Source: an uncultured Planctomycetota bacterium (GTDB taxonomy: Bacteria > Planctomycetota > Planctomycetia > Pirellulales > Lacipirellulaceae). From it: a stretch of DNA of 64,000 nucleotides. A model generated the notes under the pieces. That model searched no databases, was not told the DNA's origin, and saw only the letters and a program-made list of their open reading frames with translations. The position numbers were made by a program, and so were the translations under genes. Positions 21,145-32,000 of this stretch are shown piece after piece (position 1 is the first letter of the stretch; each line of letters starts with the position of its first letter). The stretch covers positions 1,760,001 to 1,824,000 of the forward strand of contig CAVRBU010000002.1 of NCBI GenBank assembly GCA_963719315.1, given 5' to 3'.

Positions 21145-21228
21145 ACCATGGATTCTACAGATAGCACGGATGATCTCGCGGACAGAATCATCAGATTTCC
21201 ATCCGTGAAATCCGCATGATCCGTGGGG
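21145..21228. repeat. Degenerate palindromic intergenic repeat (CACGGAT/ATCCGTG type)
   Basis: CCATGGAT..CACGGAT faces ATCCGTG..ATCCGC..ATCCGTGG. Confidence 0.55.
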
Positions 21229-21537
21229 ATTCTCAAATGCGTCCAGCACGCGATCAAACTGTTGCAGAGGCATTGATAAGAGTTCTTACTCAACTCCAAT
21301 CCGCGGCCGCGTCGACGCCAGCGGCTCGAGCGTTCATTTCTCCACATGCAACCCGCAAGTTAAGGTGGACGCACTTTAAGTTTCAGGAACGAATCCAAGA
21401 ACGACTTACGAGAGTTTCCCGCAGAAACAAGGACAAAGCTGCACCGGAAACGCACGACTGATTGTATGTGATTCGTGGCCAATTAGTGCGCCTACCCCCC
21501 GTAATGGGAATTGCCGTTTTCGCACAAATATATAAGC

Positions 21538-21566
21538 TTGACATTTCAAATGGCACGGATTAGATT
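21538..21566 (+). promoter_or_regulatory. Sigma70-type promoter of the LamG/PEP-CTERM cluster
   Basis: TTGACA-17bp-TAGATT. Confidence 0.7.
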
Positions 21567-21632
21567 GCGGTCAGCTAGGTTGGAAAACTTATTAGTATTG
21601 TACGTGCATTGCACGGGCCAAGAGATCAAGAG

Positions 21633-21670
21633 AAGGCCCCCGCGACAGCTCGCTGGGGTCTTTTTTATTT
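21633..21670 (+). terminator. Intrinsic terminator inside the 5' leader
   Basis: GGCCCC-CGCGA-CAGC-TCGCT-GGGGTC followed by TTTTTTATTT. Confidence 0.7.
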
Positions 21671-21845
21671 GAATTCGCGCTATCTCTTGATTTGGATTCG
21701 GACCGGTTTGAGGACGAGGAGGTTGGTCTTTCAAGTTGGGAAGGGTTGGGCGGCGCCATTCTGTCAATGGTTTATTCGCCGTTTGTTCGTACTTCGATTG
21801 GATCAGTTCCATTAGCGTCGCAATTGCGACAAAGGGGATCGTCTA

Positions 21846-23444
21846 ATGATTTTGCACCAACGGCTTGTCATCCGCAGCGTGGTTGTTATCGCAGTGTTCG
21901 GTCTGACCACAACAATTGCGGTGGAATCAAATGCAACAACGCTGCAGAGCGGCTTGATTAGTTATTGGAAACTGAATGAGGGCTCCGGCAGCACGGCCGG
22001 TGATTCGGCTCTCGGGGGCGCCACCGTCGATGACGGAATGTTGCGAGCATCACCCGCTTGGATTAACGGTATCTTCAACGCAGGATTACAATTCACTGGT
22101 ATAGAAGACGTATTGATTCCAAACAGCACCGACATGGATATCGGCACGAACGCCGTGACGCTTTCCGCCTGGGTCAAGCTGGATAAGTTGCCCGGTGACG
22201 CAAGTCTACCAAGCTTCGCGGGCATTTTTGATTCTCAACCGGACAATTACGTCATGTACCTCGACAAAGGCAACAAGGAATTGCGGTTTAAAGTGACGGA
22301 CAGCGCCAGCGTCTCGACGGGCGCTGATCCTGGCATTCCGGCTTCGATGCTGGATACGACGAGTTGGCAGCACGTGATGGGTGTTTACGATGGCAGCCAA
22401 GGCTCCGTAAAAATCTACCTGAACGGCAATCTGGTCGACATCGGTTCGATGCCAACCAACGTGCAAACGGTCCGCGCGGGGCAAGTTTCCAGCATCGGAG
22501 CCCAGCCAACCACGGCCTCCCCCTTCACACCCAGCGGCTTCTTCGAAGGCGCAATCGCCGACGTAGCGCTCTGGAACAGGCCGCTGGGCGCCGCCGAGGC
22601 CCAATACCTCTACAATGGCGGGACGGGTAATTCCGTAGGGTCGGCGGATCCCGATATTGCTCCGCTGCCGTCTCTGGCGCCCGTGCAGCCATCCGTGCAG
22701 CCGGTGATCTACTATCCGCTGAACGGCAACGTTCAGAACTATGGTTCCGGTGGCGCCGCGTTGGATGCGACCTTCCACGATGGTCTCGACGCCAGCGGCC
22801 CGCAGTTCGCATCCTCCAAAGTTGGCCAGGGCTTGGATCTCCGCGGAAACCCGGTCGCGACCAATTCCACGACCGACAACGGCGACTATTTGTCGGTGGA
22901 TTACACGCTTACGGATCGGGGCACGATCTCGATGAATTTCCAGAATATGGATTGGTTCGATTTCAACACGCTGTGGAGCAATTCGGTTCACGGCAACGCC
23001 TGGGAGGCTTGGATTTACAATGTTGGTCGGCTTGCAGCGCGAGCCAACGAGGCCTCGAGCAACACCAACACCGATTTTTACCTGCCATTAGAGGGCGCCG
23101 ACGCCGAATCAGCTCCCCACCACGTAGCTTTCACCTGGGATCGATCCGGTACGACGACGCTTAACAAGTTGTATGTCGATGGCGTGCTCCGTGAGCAGTC
23201 GGTCGAGAATTGGCGCGATCCGGGCAGCATCTTCTACGTCGGCGGCGGCTTCGGGATTACGGGCGGCGCCAACCACCTCGGCAATGGCATTTACGATGAG
23301 GTCCGAATTTACGACGTGCCCCTCACAGACAGTGAAGTGCTTTACCTTTCCCAAGTGCCCGAACCCGGCAGCTTCGCCATCGCGACGATTGGCTTGCTGA
23401 TCCTCGGAATGTTCGGCATACGAAAACCAGTGTGGATGCAGTAG
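21846..23444 (+). CDS. Secreted protein with two LamG-like jellyroll domains and a PEP-CTERM sorting signal
   Basis: Signal peptide, YWKLNEG, TLSAWVK, WQHVMGVYD, YDEVRIYD, then VPEP plus a TM segment and a basic tail. Confidence 0.85.
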   Translation: MILHQRLVIRSVVVIAVFGLTTTIAVESNATTLQSGLISYWKLNEGSGSTAGDSALGGATVDDGMLRASPAWINGIFNAGLQFTGIEDVLIPNSTDMDIGTNAVTLSAWVKLDKLPGDASLPSFAGIFDSQPDNYVMYLDKGNKELRFKVTDSASVSTGADPGIPASMLDTTSWQHVMGVYDGSQGSVKIYLNGNLVDIGSMPTNVQTVRAGQVSSIGAQPTTASPFTPSGFFEGAIADVALWNRPLGAAEAQYLYNGGTGNSVGSADPDIAPLPSLAPVQPSVQPVIYYPLNGNVQNYGSGGAALDATFHDGLDASGPQFASSKVGQGLDLRGNPVATNSTTDNGDYLSVDYTLTDRGTISMNFQNMDWFDFNTLWSNSVHGNAWEAWIYNVGRLAARANEASSNTNTDFYLPLEGADAESAPHHVAFTWDRSGTTTLNKLYVDGVLREQSVENWRDPGSIFYVGGGFGITGGANHLGNGIYDEVRIYDVPLTDSEVLYLSQVPEPGSFAIATIGLLILGMFGIRKPVWMQ

Positions 23445-23546
23445 TTCGATTGGCCGTGGCGACATCCAATTTGCGGTGTTTGGTGTGGGTTGCACCAACA
23501 TCGCGGCGTGGCTCGCCTCGATACGACGTGAAAGAGGGATCCTCCT

Positions 23547-25295
23547 ATGAATAGCAAGTTCTTGCAGACGGTAACGGCGTGCCTCGTTTTTGTGGCGGTT
23601 GGTTGGTTAGTGGCATCTCCCCGGCCGGCGCTGGGCGAGTTGCTGCAAAATGGTCTGATTAGCTACTGGCCGCTCAATGACGGCTCGGGAACTACGGCGC
23701 TGGATGGGGCTTCCGGCGGCGGCGTTGCCGACAATGGCACGTTACGCAATTCGCCTACCTGGACGACCGGCATGTTCGGAGCTGGGTTGCAATTTAACGG
23801 GATCGACCAAGACGTGCTGATCCCCGCCAGTACCGATATGGACATCAACACCGGTGGGGTGACTCTGTCGGCCTGGGTAAAATTAGATCAATTGCCGGCC
23901 GACATCGCAGGTAGCTTCTCAGGCATTTTCGACTCGGAGCCCGACAATTATGTGATGTACCTGGACAAGGGAAACAATGAGTTACGGTTCAAATCCACGA
24001 CCGCAACCAACGGCGCCGAGCGCCCCGGAATCCCGGCCAAATTGCTCGACACAACCGCCTGGCACCACGTGATGGGCGTCTTTAACGGCTCTAATGCTTC
24101 CGATCGGATTTACTTCGATGGTCAACTCGTCGATGTCCATTCCGCCATCGGGCTACAGGATGGAGTGGTTCGCGCAGGACAAGTTTCCGGCATTGGCGCT
24201 CAACCGGCCACGGCTTCTCCCAACGCGGCGACCAACCCTTTCCAAGGAGGAATTTCCGATGTGGCGGTGTGGAACCGGTCTTTGGGCGCCGCCGAGGCCC
24301 AATATTTGTACAACGGTGGAACGGGGCATGCGGTCGGCTCTGCCAATCCGGACATTGCTCCGCTGCCGCCGATCACGCCGGTGCAACCCACCGCACAACC
24401 TGTGCTTTATTACAATTTCAATGGCGACTTGAACAATCACGGCACGGGTGGCGCCGCTCTAAATGCCACGCTCCACGATGTGACCGGCAGAAATGACGCC
24501 TTATACACAACGACACCCTTCGGGCAAGGTTTGGATCTCCGTGAGAATCCGATCGAGACTTCTTCAGACACCGATCCCGGCGATTTCCTGTCGGTTGATT
24601 ACACCCTGCCCGAATCGGGAACGATCGCCATGGATGTGACAATAGACAAGCTATACAACTTCCAGACGCTCTGGGGTAATTCGTCCAATGCAAATGATTG
24701 GGAGGCGTGGATCTATAGCGACGGGCGATTTGCTGCGCGTGCCGATCGCGCTACTGCCATTCTCAATTACAACGTCTTCTTGTTCCAAGACCAACTGGCC
24801 CAACACCATTATGCCTACACCTGGGAGCGGGATGGCAACGACCTAAACGCCAAGATTTATGTGGATGGCGAATTTCAGGGTCAGATCGTCGGCGTCTGGC
24901 GCGATCCGGGCACCACGTTCTTCCTGGCCGGAGGCACCGGGAATCAATTGGGAAGCGCGATCTACGACGAAGTCCGGATTTATAACTCGGCACTAAGCGA
25001 AGCAGAGATTCTTTATCTGTCTCAAAACGCGCCCGAGGTAACGGCATTACAGGGCGATTACAACATGGATGGCAAGGTCGATGCCGGCGACTACGTCGTT
25101 TGGCGCAATGGTGGTAGCCCAGACTCGTCACAGGCCGGTTACGACCTGTGGAGAGCGCATTTCGGTGAGCCTGGCCCTGGCGCCGGTGCCGGAAGCGGTA
25201 TTACCGCCGCGGTCGTGCCAGAGCCCGCCACTGGAAGTTTGGTTTTGCTCGCGCTCGCTGTGATCTCTTGCGTCGCCTGCCGAACAAGAAAGTAA
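23547..25295 (+). CDS. Secreted protein with two LamG-like domains, a dockerin-like GDYN motif and PEP-CTERM
   Basis: Paralog of the previous gene, with GDYNMDGKVDAGDYVVWR and VPEPATG plus TM and RTRK. Confidence 0.85.
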   Translation: MNSKFLQTVTACLVFVAVGWLVASPRPALGELLQNGLISYWPLNDGSGTTALDGASGGGVADNGTLRNSPTWTTGMFGAGLQFNGIDQDVLIPASTDMDINTGGVTLSAWVKLDQLPADIAGSFSGIFDSEPDNYVMYLDKGNNELRFKSTTATNGAERPGIPAKLLDTTAWHHVMGVFNGSNASDRIYFDGQLVDVHSAIGLQDGVVRAGQVSGIGAQPATASPNAATNPFQGGISDVAVWNRSLGAAEAQYLYNGGTGHAVGSANPDIAPLPPITPVQPTAQPVLYYNFNGDLNNHGTGGAALNATLHDVTGRNDALYTTTPFGQGLDLRENPIETSSDTDPGDFLSVDYTLPESGTIAMDVTIDKLYNFQTLWGNSSNANDWEAWIYSDGRFAARADRATAILNYNVFLFQDQLAQHHYAYTWERDGNDLNAKIYVDGEFQGQIVGVWRDPGTTFFLAGGTGNQLGSAIYDEVRIYNSALSEAEILYLSQNAPEVTALQGDYNMDGKVDAGDYVVWRNGGSPDSSQAGYDLWRAHFGEPGPGAGAGSGITAAVVPEPATGSLVLLALAVISCVACRTRK

Positions 25296-25475
25296 ACGCA
25301 TAGCTTTGACGCACCGCGCTCCGATGCGCATCCAAAATCGCGATCGAGTTAACGACCCACCAGGGCGGGGACTGGCGGGACTGCGGACAAGTTTGGACGA
25401 GGAATGGTCCCGATGGCGTGGCCGTCATAGTACAGAACAACGGTAAAGATTCGCCGCTCGCGGAAGCTCGTACTG

Positions 25476-27263
25476 ATGCTGTTGGCGGTGTGCGCCACCT
25501 TTGCGATGAGCTCAACGTCAAATGCAGCGGGCGTCTCATTATATGACGGCCTGCTCACGAGTTGGAACTTCGATGAAGGAATTGGGGCAACCTTGCTGGA
25601 TAGCGGGCCCGCAGGCGCCGTTGCCGACACTGGAACGCTACGCAATTCGCCGACTTGGATTGCCGGCAAGTTCGGAAGCGCGCTGAAGTTCAACGGCATC
25701 AATCAAGACGTGCTCGTTCCCAACAGCACCGATATGAACATCGGCGCGAACGCAGTCACGATGTCTGCCTGGGTCAAGCTCGATCAACTACCGTCCGGAA
25801 TATCAGGTTCGTACTCAGGCGTTTTCGATTCGGAGCCTGACGACTACGTGTTATACCTGGACAAGGGCAATAACGAATTGCGTTTCAAGGTCACTACGGC
25901 GGGTGGCGCCGCCGAACGGCCCGGTGTACCGGCTACGTCGCTCGACGTGGTCAATTGGCACCATGTGATGGGTGTCTACGATGGTTCGATAGGGCAAGCC
26001 AGTATTTATTTCGATGGCCAACTTGCCGATGTCCATTCAACGCCGGGGTTGACGGGGGCGGTCCGAACAGGACAAACGGCTGGGATAGGATCCCAAGTCG
26101 CCTCCAGCTTGCCGAATAGTGCAACGAGCCTGTTCAAGGGCGATATCGACGACATGGGAATCTGGAACCGCGCTCTGGGCTTGGCAGAAGCCCAATACTT
26201 GTACAACGGCGGCGTTGGCCACGCCATCGGCGCCGCCAATCCGATCATCGAGCCCATCTTACCTCCACCGGTCTATAATCGGTCGATTGCGGTCGAAGGC
26301 CATCGCGGCAATCCGACGGTCGCTCCGGAAAATACATTTGCGTCCGTGAATGCAGCCGCCGGGTACGCGGATTTCTCCGAATTCGACGTGCAAGTCTCGG
26401 CCGACGGCAAGCTGTTTATCATGCACGACGGTACGCTCGATCGCACGACGAACGGCACCGGTTCCGACGGCAGCCAGAACTACGTCGGTTATATCGACGG
26501 ACTCGATGCCGGCAGTTGGTTTTCGCCGGCGTTTGCGGGCGAACCCGTCCCTTTGATGAAGCCCTATGTGGAAGCCATCTTTGCCAAAGGCATGCGACCG
26601 TTTCTCGAGCGAAAGACGGGCACGCCACAAGCCATCGTCGGTGAATTGAACGAGATCGGCAAGTTGCACGACACCGTCATCATCTCATTTGATTGGAATT
26701 TTTTGGCCGGCGTCCGCGCAATGGATTCGGTCGTCAAGATGGGTGCGCTGGGGAGTGGTACGATCACTACCAGTGTTATCAACAGCGTGCTCGCTTCCGG
26801 CGCGAACTTCCTGGATTGGAGCGATAGCGCTTCCGTAATCAATCAAGCAGCCGTTGATATGGTACATGCCGCGGGTTTGGAGTTGCACGTTTGGACCGTC
26901 GACAACCTGACGCGAATGCAACAACTGATCGACTTGGGGGTGGATGGAATTACCACCAACGCGCCTCAGACCTTGCGATCGATCGTGCCTTTGCCAGGAG
27001 ATTTCAACTATGACAATATCGTGGACGCAGCCGACTATTCCACCTGGCGCCTCACCATGGGCGACGCCAATAGCTATAGCATCTGGCGGGCGAATTTCGG
27101 CCAGGCCGTGGGAGTTGTTGCCGGCGGCGGCGTAGGCAGCTTGGCTGCCGTGCCGGAGCCGGCAGGGACGCGGATGGCGCTCGTTCTAGCACTGGGGCTT
27201 GTAATTGGTTGCCGTGGAGTTTGTCCTGTTCGAGTTCGATCCGCTTGGCACGCTCGTTCATAA
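25476..27263 (+). CDS. LamG-like domain fused to a glycerophosphodiester phosphodiesterase, with dockerin-like motif and PEP-CTERM
   Basis: [43 protein letters not shown] and VPEP. The start is uncertain (see findings). Confidence 0.85.
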   Translation: MLLAVCATFAMSSTSNAAGVSLYDGLLTSWNFDEGIGATLLDSGPAGAVADTGTLRNSPTWIAGKFGSALKFNGINQDVLVPNSTDMNIGANAVTMSAWVKLDQLPSGISGSYSGVFDSEPDDYVLYLDKGNNELRFKVTTAGGAAERPGVPATSLDVVNWHHVMGVYDGSIGQASIYFDGQLADVHSTPGLTGAVRTGQTAGIGSQVASSLPNSATSLFKGDIDDMGIWNRALGLAEAQYLYNGGVGHAIGAANPIIEPILPPPVYNRSIAVEGHRGNPTVAPENTFASVNAAAGYADFSEFDVQVSADGKLFIMHDGTLDRTTNGTGSDGSQNYVGYIDGLDAGSWFSPAFAGEPVPLMKPYVEAIFAKGMRPFLERKTGTPQAIVGELNEIGKLHDTVIISFDWNFLAGVRAMDSVVKMGALGSGTITTSVINSVLASGANFLDWSDSASVINQAAVDMVHAAGLELHVWTVDNLTRMQQLIDLGVDGITTNAPQTLRSIVPLPGDFNYDNIVDAADYSTWRLTMGDANSYSIWRANFGQAVGVVAGGGVGSLAAVPEPAGTRMALVLALGLVIGCRGVCPVRVRSAWHARS

Positions 27264-27325
27264 AGGTACTTTGTAGCACAATCCGTTCTTTTCTTCTCAT
27301 CCAGTTCGGTTTAAGGAAATTCGCA

Positions 27326-28348
27326 ATGCGTCGCTCATTGACTCATCCCGCCCTGTGCATCTCGAAAGCGACCGGTTTCACGCTTGTCGAGTTGCTGGTC
27401 GTGATCGCGATCATTGGCATATTAGTAGCTTTGTTGCTGCCCGCCGTACAAGCGGCGCGCGAGGCGGCGCGTCGCACGCAATGCACCAATCAACTCAAAC
27501 AGATCGGCCTTGCCTGGCAAAACCACAACGATACGTTCAAGCACTTTCCTACGGGCGGTTGGGGATGGAACTGGCAGGGCGATCCCGATCGCGGCTATGG
27601 TGTAAATCAACCGGGTGGTTGGGTCTACAATGTGTTGAGCTTCATGGAATTGGACACATTACGTCAGCTTGGGGCGGGCTTGGCCGACCCCCAAAAGCGT
27701 TTGGCCCTTACGGAACTATCCGAGATTCAGCCTGGAGAATTCATTTGCCCGTCCCGCCGGAAAGCTGAGGCTACCGCGCCCAAAGATCATTGGGCGCCCT
27801 ACAATATCAATTTCAAGATCGGGCAATTAGCCGGCAAGAGCGACTATGCTGCCTGCAGCGGAGATCCGCTGGTTCCCGAAGCCGACTCGAATGCCACAGG
27901 GCCGACCTCGTTCAACGTAGCCGAAAGCCCACTTTGGAAATGGGCCGGTCCCCACAATGGTGTGTGTTACTTACGAAGCCAAGTGAAAATGAAAGACATT
28001 ACCGACGGAAGTTCTAAAACCTTCATGGTTGGTGAAAAGTACATGAAACCCGAGAGCTATGGCGGTTCGTTCACGTCCGGCAGCTCGACCTACGATTTTG
28101 GTGATAATGAGTCGATGTTCTCGGGTTACAACCGCGACCAGCATCGGTCCACCAACCCGACGCTTCCACCACTTCAAGACCGGCCTGGATATGCCGACGA
28201 CTACGCCTTTGGCAGCGCGCATCCGGGCGCATTCGGAATGTGCTTTTGCGACGGCTCAGTGCGCCGCATTAGCTACGACATCGATCTCACGACTTTTCGC
28301 TGGCTTGGCGTCGTGAATGATGACAACGTCGTGACCGGCGATTATTGA
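27326..28348 (+). CDS. DUF1559 prepilin-type N-terminal cleavage/methylation protein
   Basis: [44 protein letters not shown] and the C-terminal FGSAHPG....FCDGSV (H-X9-DG). Confidence 0.95.
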   Translation: MRRSLTHPALCISKATGFTLVELLVVIAIIGILVALLLPAVQAAREAARRTQCTNQLKQIGLAWQNHNDTFKHFPTGGWGWNWQGDPDRGYGVNQPGGWVYNVLSFMELDTLRQLGAGLADPQKRLALTELSEIQPGEFICPSRRKAEATAPKDHWAPYNINFKIGQLAGKSDYAACSGDPLVPEADSNATGPTSFNVAESPLWKWAGPHNGVCYLRSQVKMKDITDGSSKTFMVGEKYMKPESYGGSFTSGSSTYDFGDNESMFSGYNRDQHRSTNPTLPPLQDRPGYADDYAFGSAHPGAFGMCFCDGSVRRISYDIDLTTFRWLGVVNDDNVVTGDY

Positions 28349-28418
28349 GCCTCTGATCTTTTGGAAGACGGCGAGTGTGCGACGCTACTTTCCACGGTTC
28401 ACTTGGAGCAACTTACGC

Positions 28419-29036
28419 ATGCATGTTCAATGTGAAAGTCGAATCTTGATATTGTTCGGATTCTTACTCGCCACCGGCTGTTCCTACACACAGCCGCGAT
28501 TGGCGGCTCCAAAAATCGACAGCGGCGCGCCGGAGGCCGCCATTGCCAAATACGACGCGAACGGGGATGGCGCGATCAGTGGCGATGAACTTAAAAAGGA
28601 TCCCGCCATCAAGACCTCCCTGAAACGCGTCGACAAGAACAACGACGGCAAAGTCACCGCCGACGAGATTGCCGACCGGATTGGCGTGTGGCGAAATTCC
28701 GGTCTCGGTTTGACACGGGCAGTCGCTTATGTGCGTAAAAATGGGCTGGCAGTGGCCGGGGCGGAAGTAACGCTTGTGCCGGAAGAGTATCTCGGGGCCA
28801 ACATGAAACCAGCCCACGGTACGACCGATTCCAATGGCGCTTGCCATCTGTCGGCGTCGTCGGACCCCCGAGAAGCTGGGGTCCAGCTCGGTTATTATCG
28901 CGTTCAGGTTTCGAAGAAAAATACAGCCGGCAAGGAAACGATTCCTGCCCGCTACAACACCGAAACCGAATTGGGAGTCGAGATTGCGCCGGATGATCCC
29001 AATTTGGACCACCTAGTGTTCGACATTTCGGCGTGA
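28419..29036 (+). CDS. Lipoprotein with EF-hand-like motifs and a carboxypeptidase-regulatory-like domain
   Basis: Lipobox LATGC, DANGDGAISGDEL, DKNNDGKVTADEI, GTTDSNG and IPARYN..TEL. Confidence 0.75.
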   Translation: MHVQCESRILILFGFLLATGCSYTQPRLAAPKIDSGAPEAAIAKYDANGDGAISGDELKKDPAIKTSLKRVDKNNDGKVTADEIADRIGVWRNSGLGLTRAVAYVRKNGLAVAGAEVTLVPEEYLGANMKPAHGTTDSNGACHLSASSDPREAGVQLGYYRVQVSKKNTAGKETIPARYNTETELGVEIAPDDPNLDHLVFDISA

Positions 29037-29091
29037 TAGCGCTCGCTGAAGCAACAGGATAAGGTCTGCGGCTGCCGAAATTGCCGTCGCG

Positions 29092-32000
29092 TCAATGCGA
29101 CCGCGTAGAGCGGAGCACCGTGCTCGCTTCGGCCCGCGTGGATCGGCCCGGCCAGTCGAAACGTAGCGCCAGCCACGTGCTGGCGGCTACGATCAGGAGG
29201 CCAAACCAACTGGGCCAGAGCCATGCCCACCAGGCGATACCGGCCAGGACGCCGAAGATGTGCGGCCAGCGGAACAGGAAATCGGCGGCCGCCGGCGAGC
29301 GAATCAGCCAGAAACATCCGGCCGCCAGCGCGACGACCGCGAGCAGCGCCAGCAATTGATTTTGGCCGAGGCTAGGGGATACCGGTGCCACCTGTATCGG
29401 CAATCGGTCCGCACCTCCCTCGGCCACGTAACACATTGCCTCCGGAGCGGTTGAAAACTGCGTCGAGAAGATCATCGAGTCGGCCGCCAGCGCCGTCATT
29501 TTGGTTTGCGGAGCATCGGGGTCGGTCAGAAAGTTTCTGGCTTGTTCGAGCCACGCGTCGAGCCGCTTGAGTGCCCGATCAATCTGTTCCTCGGATGAAC
29601 GTGCCACTTGGGCGGTGGCCGGGCCGGTCGGTTGGGCCATGATCTGGTGGGTCTGGTCGCGAACGCCTTGCAACAAAACGACCCATGGGCGCAGCCAGCT
29701 TATGCCGTCGGGGCTCGGCGCCTCGGCGGCCGTGGCGATGGCCGACTCGGCGACGCTCACCATGCGATCGATTCGCAGCGCGGCTTGGTCCATGGCGCTT
29801 ACCACCGCGGCACCTTCGATCTGGCCGGAAGCAGATTGCCCCGAATCCCCAACTGTCCACAAGCTAATTTCCACTGGAATCGGCTTGTCGCCGACGAGCA
29901 ACGTCGGGCGGCAAGGATCGCGGAGTTCACCATCAACCGATCGCGAGACAATTCCCAGCGATTGCGGCAACTGGGCTGCGCCCAAAGCCACGTGCCACTG
30001 CGAGTCATTCAAGGCAGATTTGAGCGCTGGCCGGCCATCCAACGTGACCGATACAAGCTTCTGATCGGCCGGCAACTGCAAAGTACACTCTGGCACGCTG
30101 TCGGATGCGACGATCAAGCGCGTGACGATCAAACGACTGCCGCGCCGACCGTTCGATACCGCGATGTCGGCCAGTCGAATTCGCGGCGCCGGTTGCCGTG
30201 CGGCTTGGGCATTGATGGAAACGCGAAACGGTTCGCCCATGATTTCGAGTTGTCGTTGCCCGGCAACGCCAAAAGAAGCAGCCAGCAAGTTTTTCGGAAT
30301 TGTCGCTTCCTGGACGCCGGAGTCGATCCAGGCGATATTCTGCGAATCGAGTGAAGTCGGAACGCTCACATAACTGTGCACGCCGGCCGGTGGTTCGAGC
30401 GCGATCTCGGGCACCGACGCGGCAGATCCGGCAGGCACCACGAGGGGGCTGCGAATTCGCAAATCGACGTGGCCGTCTTGAGCGATCGTAGTCGCGAAAC
30501 GAATGGCAACGATTTGGTGGTGCTCATCGAGCGGCGTCGTTTCGGTAGTCACGGGAATGCTCGACTCGATGTCAAACGGCCCGGACCAGGTCGTCGGCAC
30601 GCGGAGCCGGAGAACGTCGATTTCCCCCGACTCGGCAGTCAGCCGGCAGCGAAACGTGGCCGACCATGCGCCCGACTCGCGCGCTAGCGACGTGAGCGTG
30701 TCGCCCATCAATTTCGGCTGGCTGTGTGAGACGGCGATGCGAGCGATATTGGCGGCGGCTTCATCCAAGTGATACACGCCGAGTGGCCGAACGAGCCACG
30801 GCAAGGGCGGCAATTCTGCTGGACCGGCGTTCGATTCCTCGGTTGGCTGCAAGCCTTGCAATTCGACGTGCAGATCGTCGTCGCGGTAAAGCTGCACCTG
30901 CTGCACCGCCGACGCAGGGCTGGCCGACGTGATGCGCGGCAAGGGGCTCGGTTCGTTCGGGGCGAGCGGAACGGTGCCGCTCAACGACAGGCGATAGTCG
31001 GAAGTGGCGCACTCGCCAAAGAAAATGTTGATGTGGTTCTCGGCATCGCGAGTCCAGCGGGTTGGAATTCTTCGATCGGCCTCGTTCAACGCGACTTCAT
31101 CCACCCGCAGATCGGTCGGCACGGTTAGATGAAACTGATATTTATTTTGGGGGCCGGGCGTGACGTTCGCTTGGTAGACGACGCGGAGCGCCTCGCTTCC
31201 GATTGCTACGTGGAGCACTTCGTGCACCTCGGTCTCCGCTTCACGGGGCCGAACCGCGAGCGTCCACACGCGGCGTGGATCAAAATTGGCAAGCACTATT
31301 TGCGGCGTGGCGGTGGTAGCCGTGCCGCCCCACTTCGCGAGGAACTCCTTGGCGGTGGCGCTCGTCGCACCTGTCGCGGCGCTATCGGTCACCGTGCAAT
31401 CGAGCGCCGGATCAGTCGAGAGGGCGAACCAGTGCTGCGTCGGGGAAATCGAAGTCAGCTCGATGGGCGGCAAGCGGAAGTTGCCGGCGGCGGGGGCGGA
31501 TGGAAGTTTCCAACGAAGTGAGATTTCTTGCCGTTCGGCGCCCGCCACGGGAAGCGGAATCCGGATCGAACGCCGTCCGGCGGACGCGTCCGTTGGATGG
31601 TCTTCGGTGGTGGAATTTGTGCCGGAGTCCAGCACCCAATGGTCATCGTAGGAAATGGAAAGCGTCTCGGGTCGGCGCGATCCGCTTTCGACGATGTATT
31701 TCGCTTCAAGCTCGGTGCCGCCCGAGCCCACGTGCAACCAGTTCATCGCGGAAACCGTCAATCCCGGACTCGTGCCGCTGTTCTGTTCCTGCCGCGGCCA
31801 CTCGACGACAAGGTGGTCGACTTGCCCGACCTCGCCGCTGAGCACTCCCGGAGTGTCGCCGAGCGCGGTGGGGAGCTTAACGCCATCGATGGTTATGCCC
31901 GACAGCTGCGCGGGAGCGTGCAATCGCACCGCGGCCGACAGGAGTGGCGGAATCGCCAATTCAAATCGATTGCGGTAGTTGACGTTCATGGTCTTAGGAA

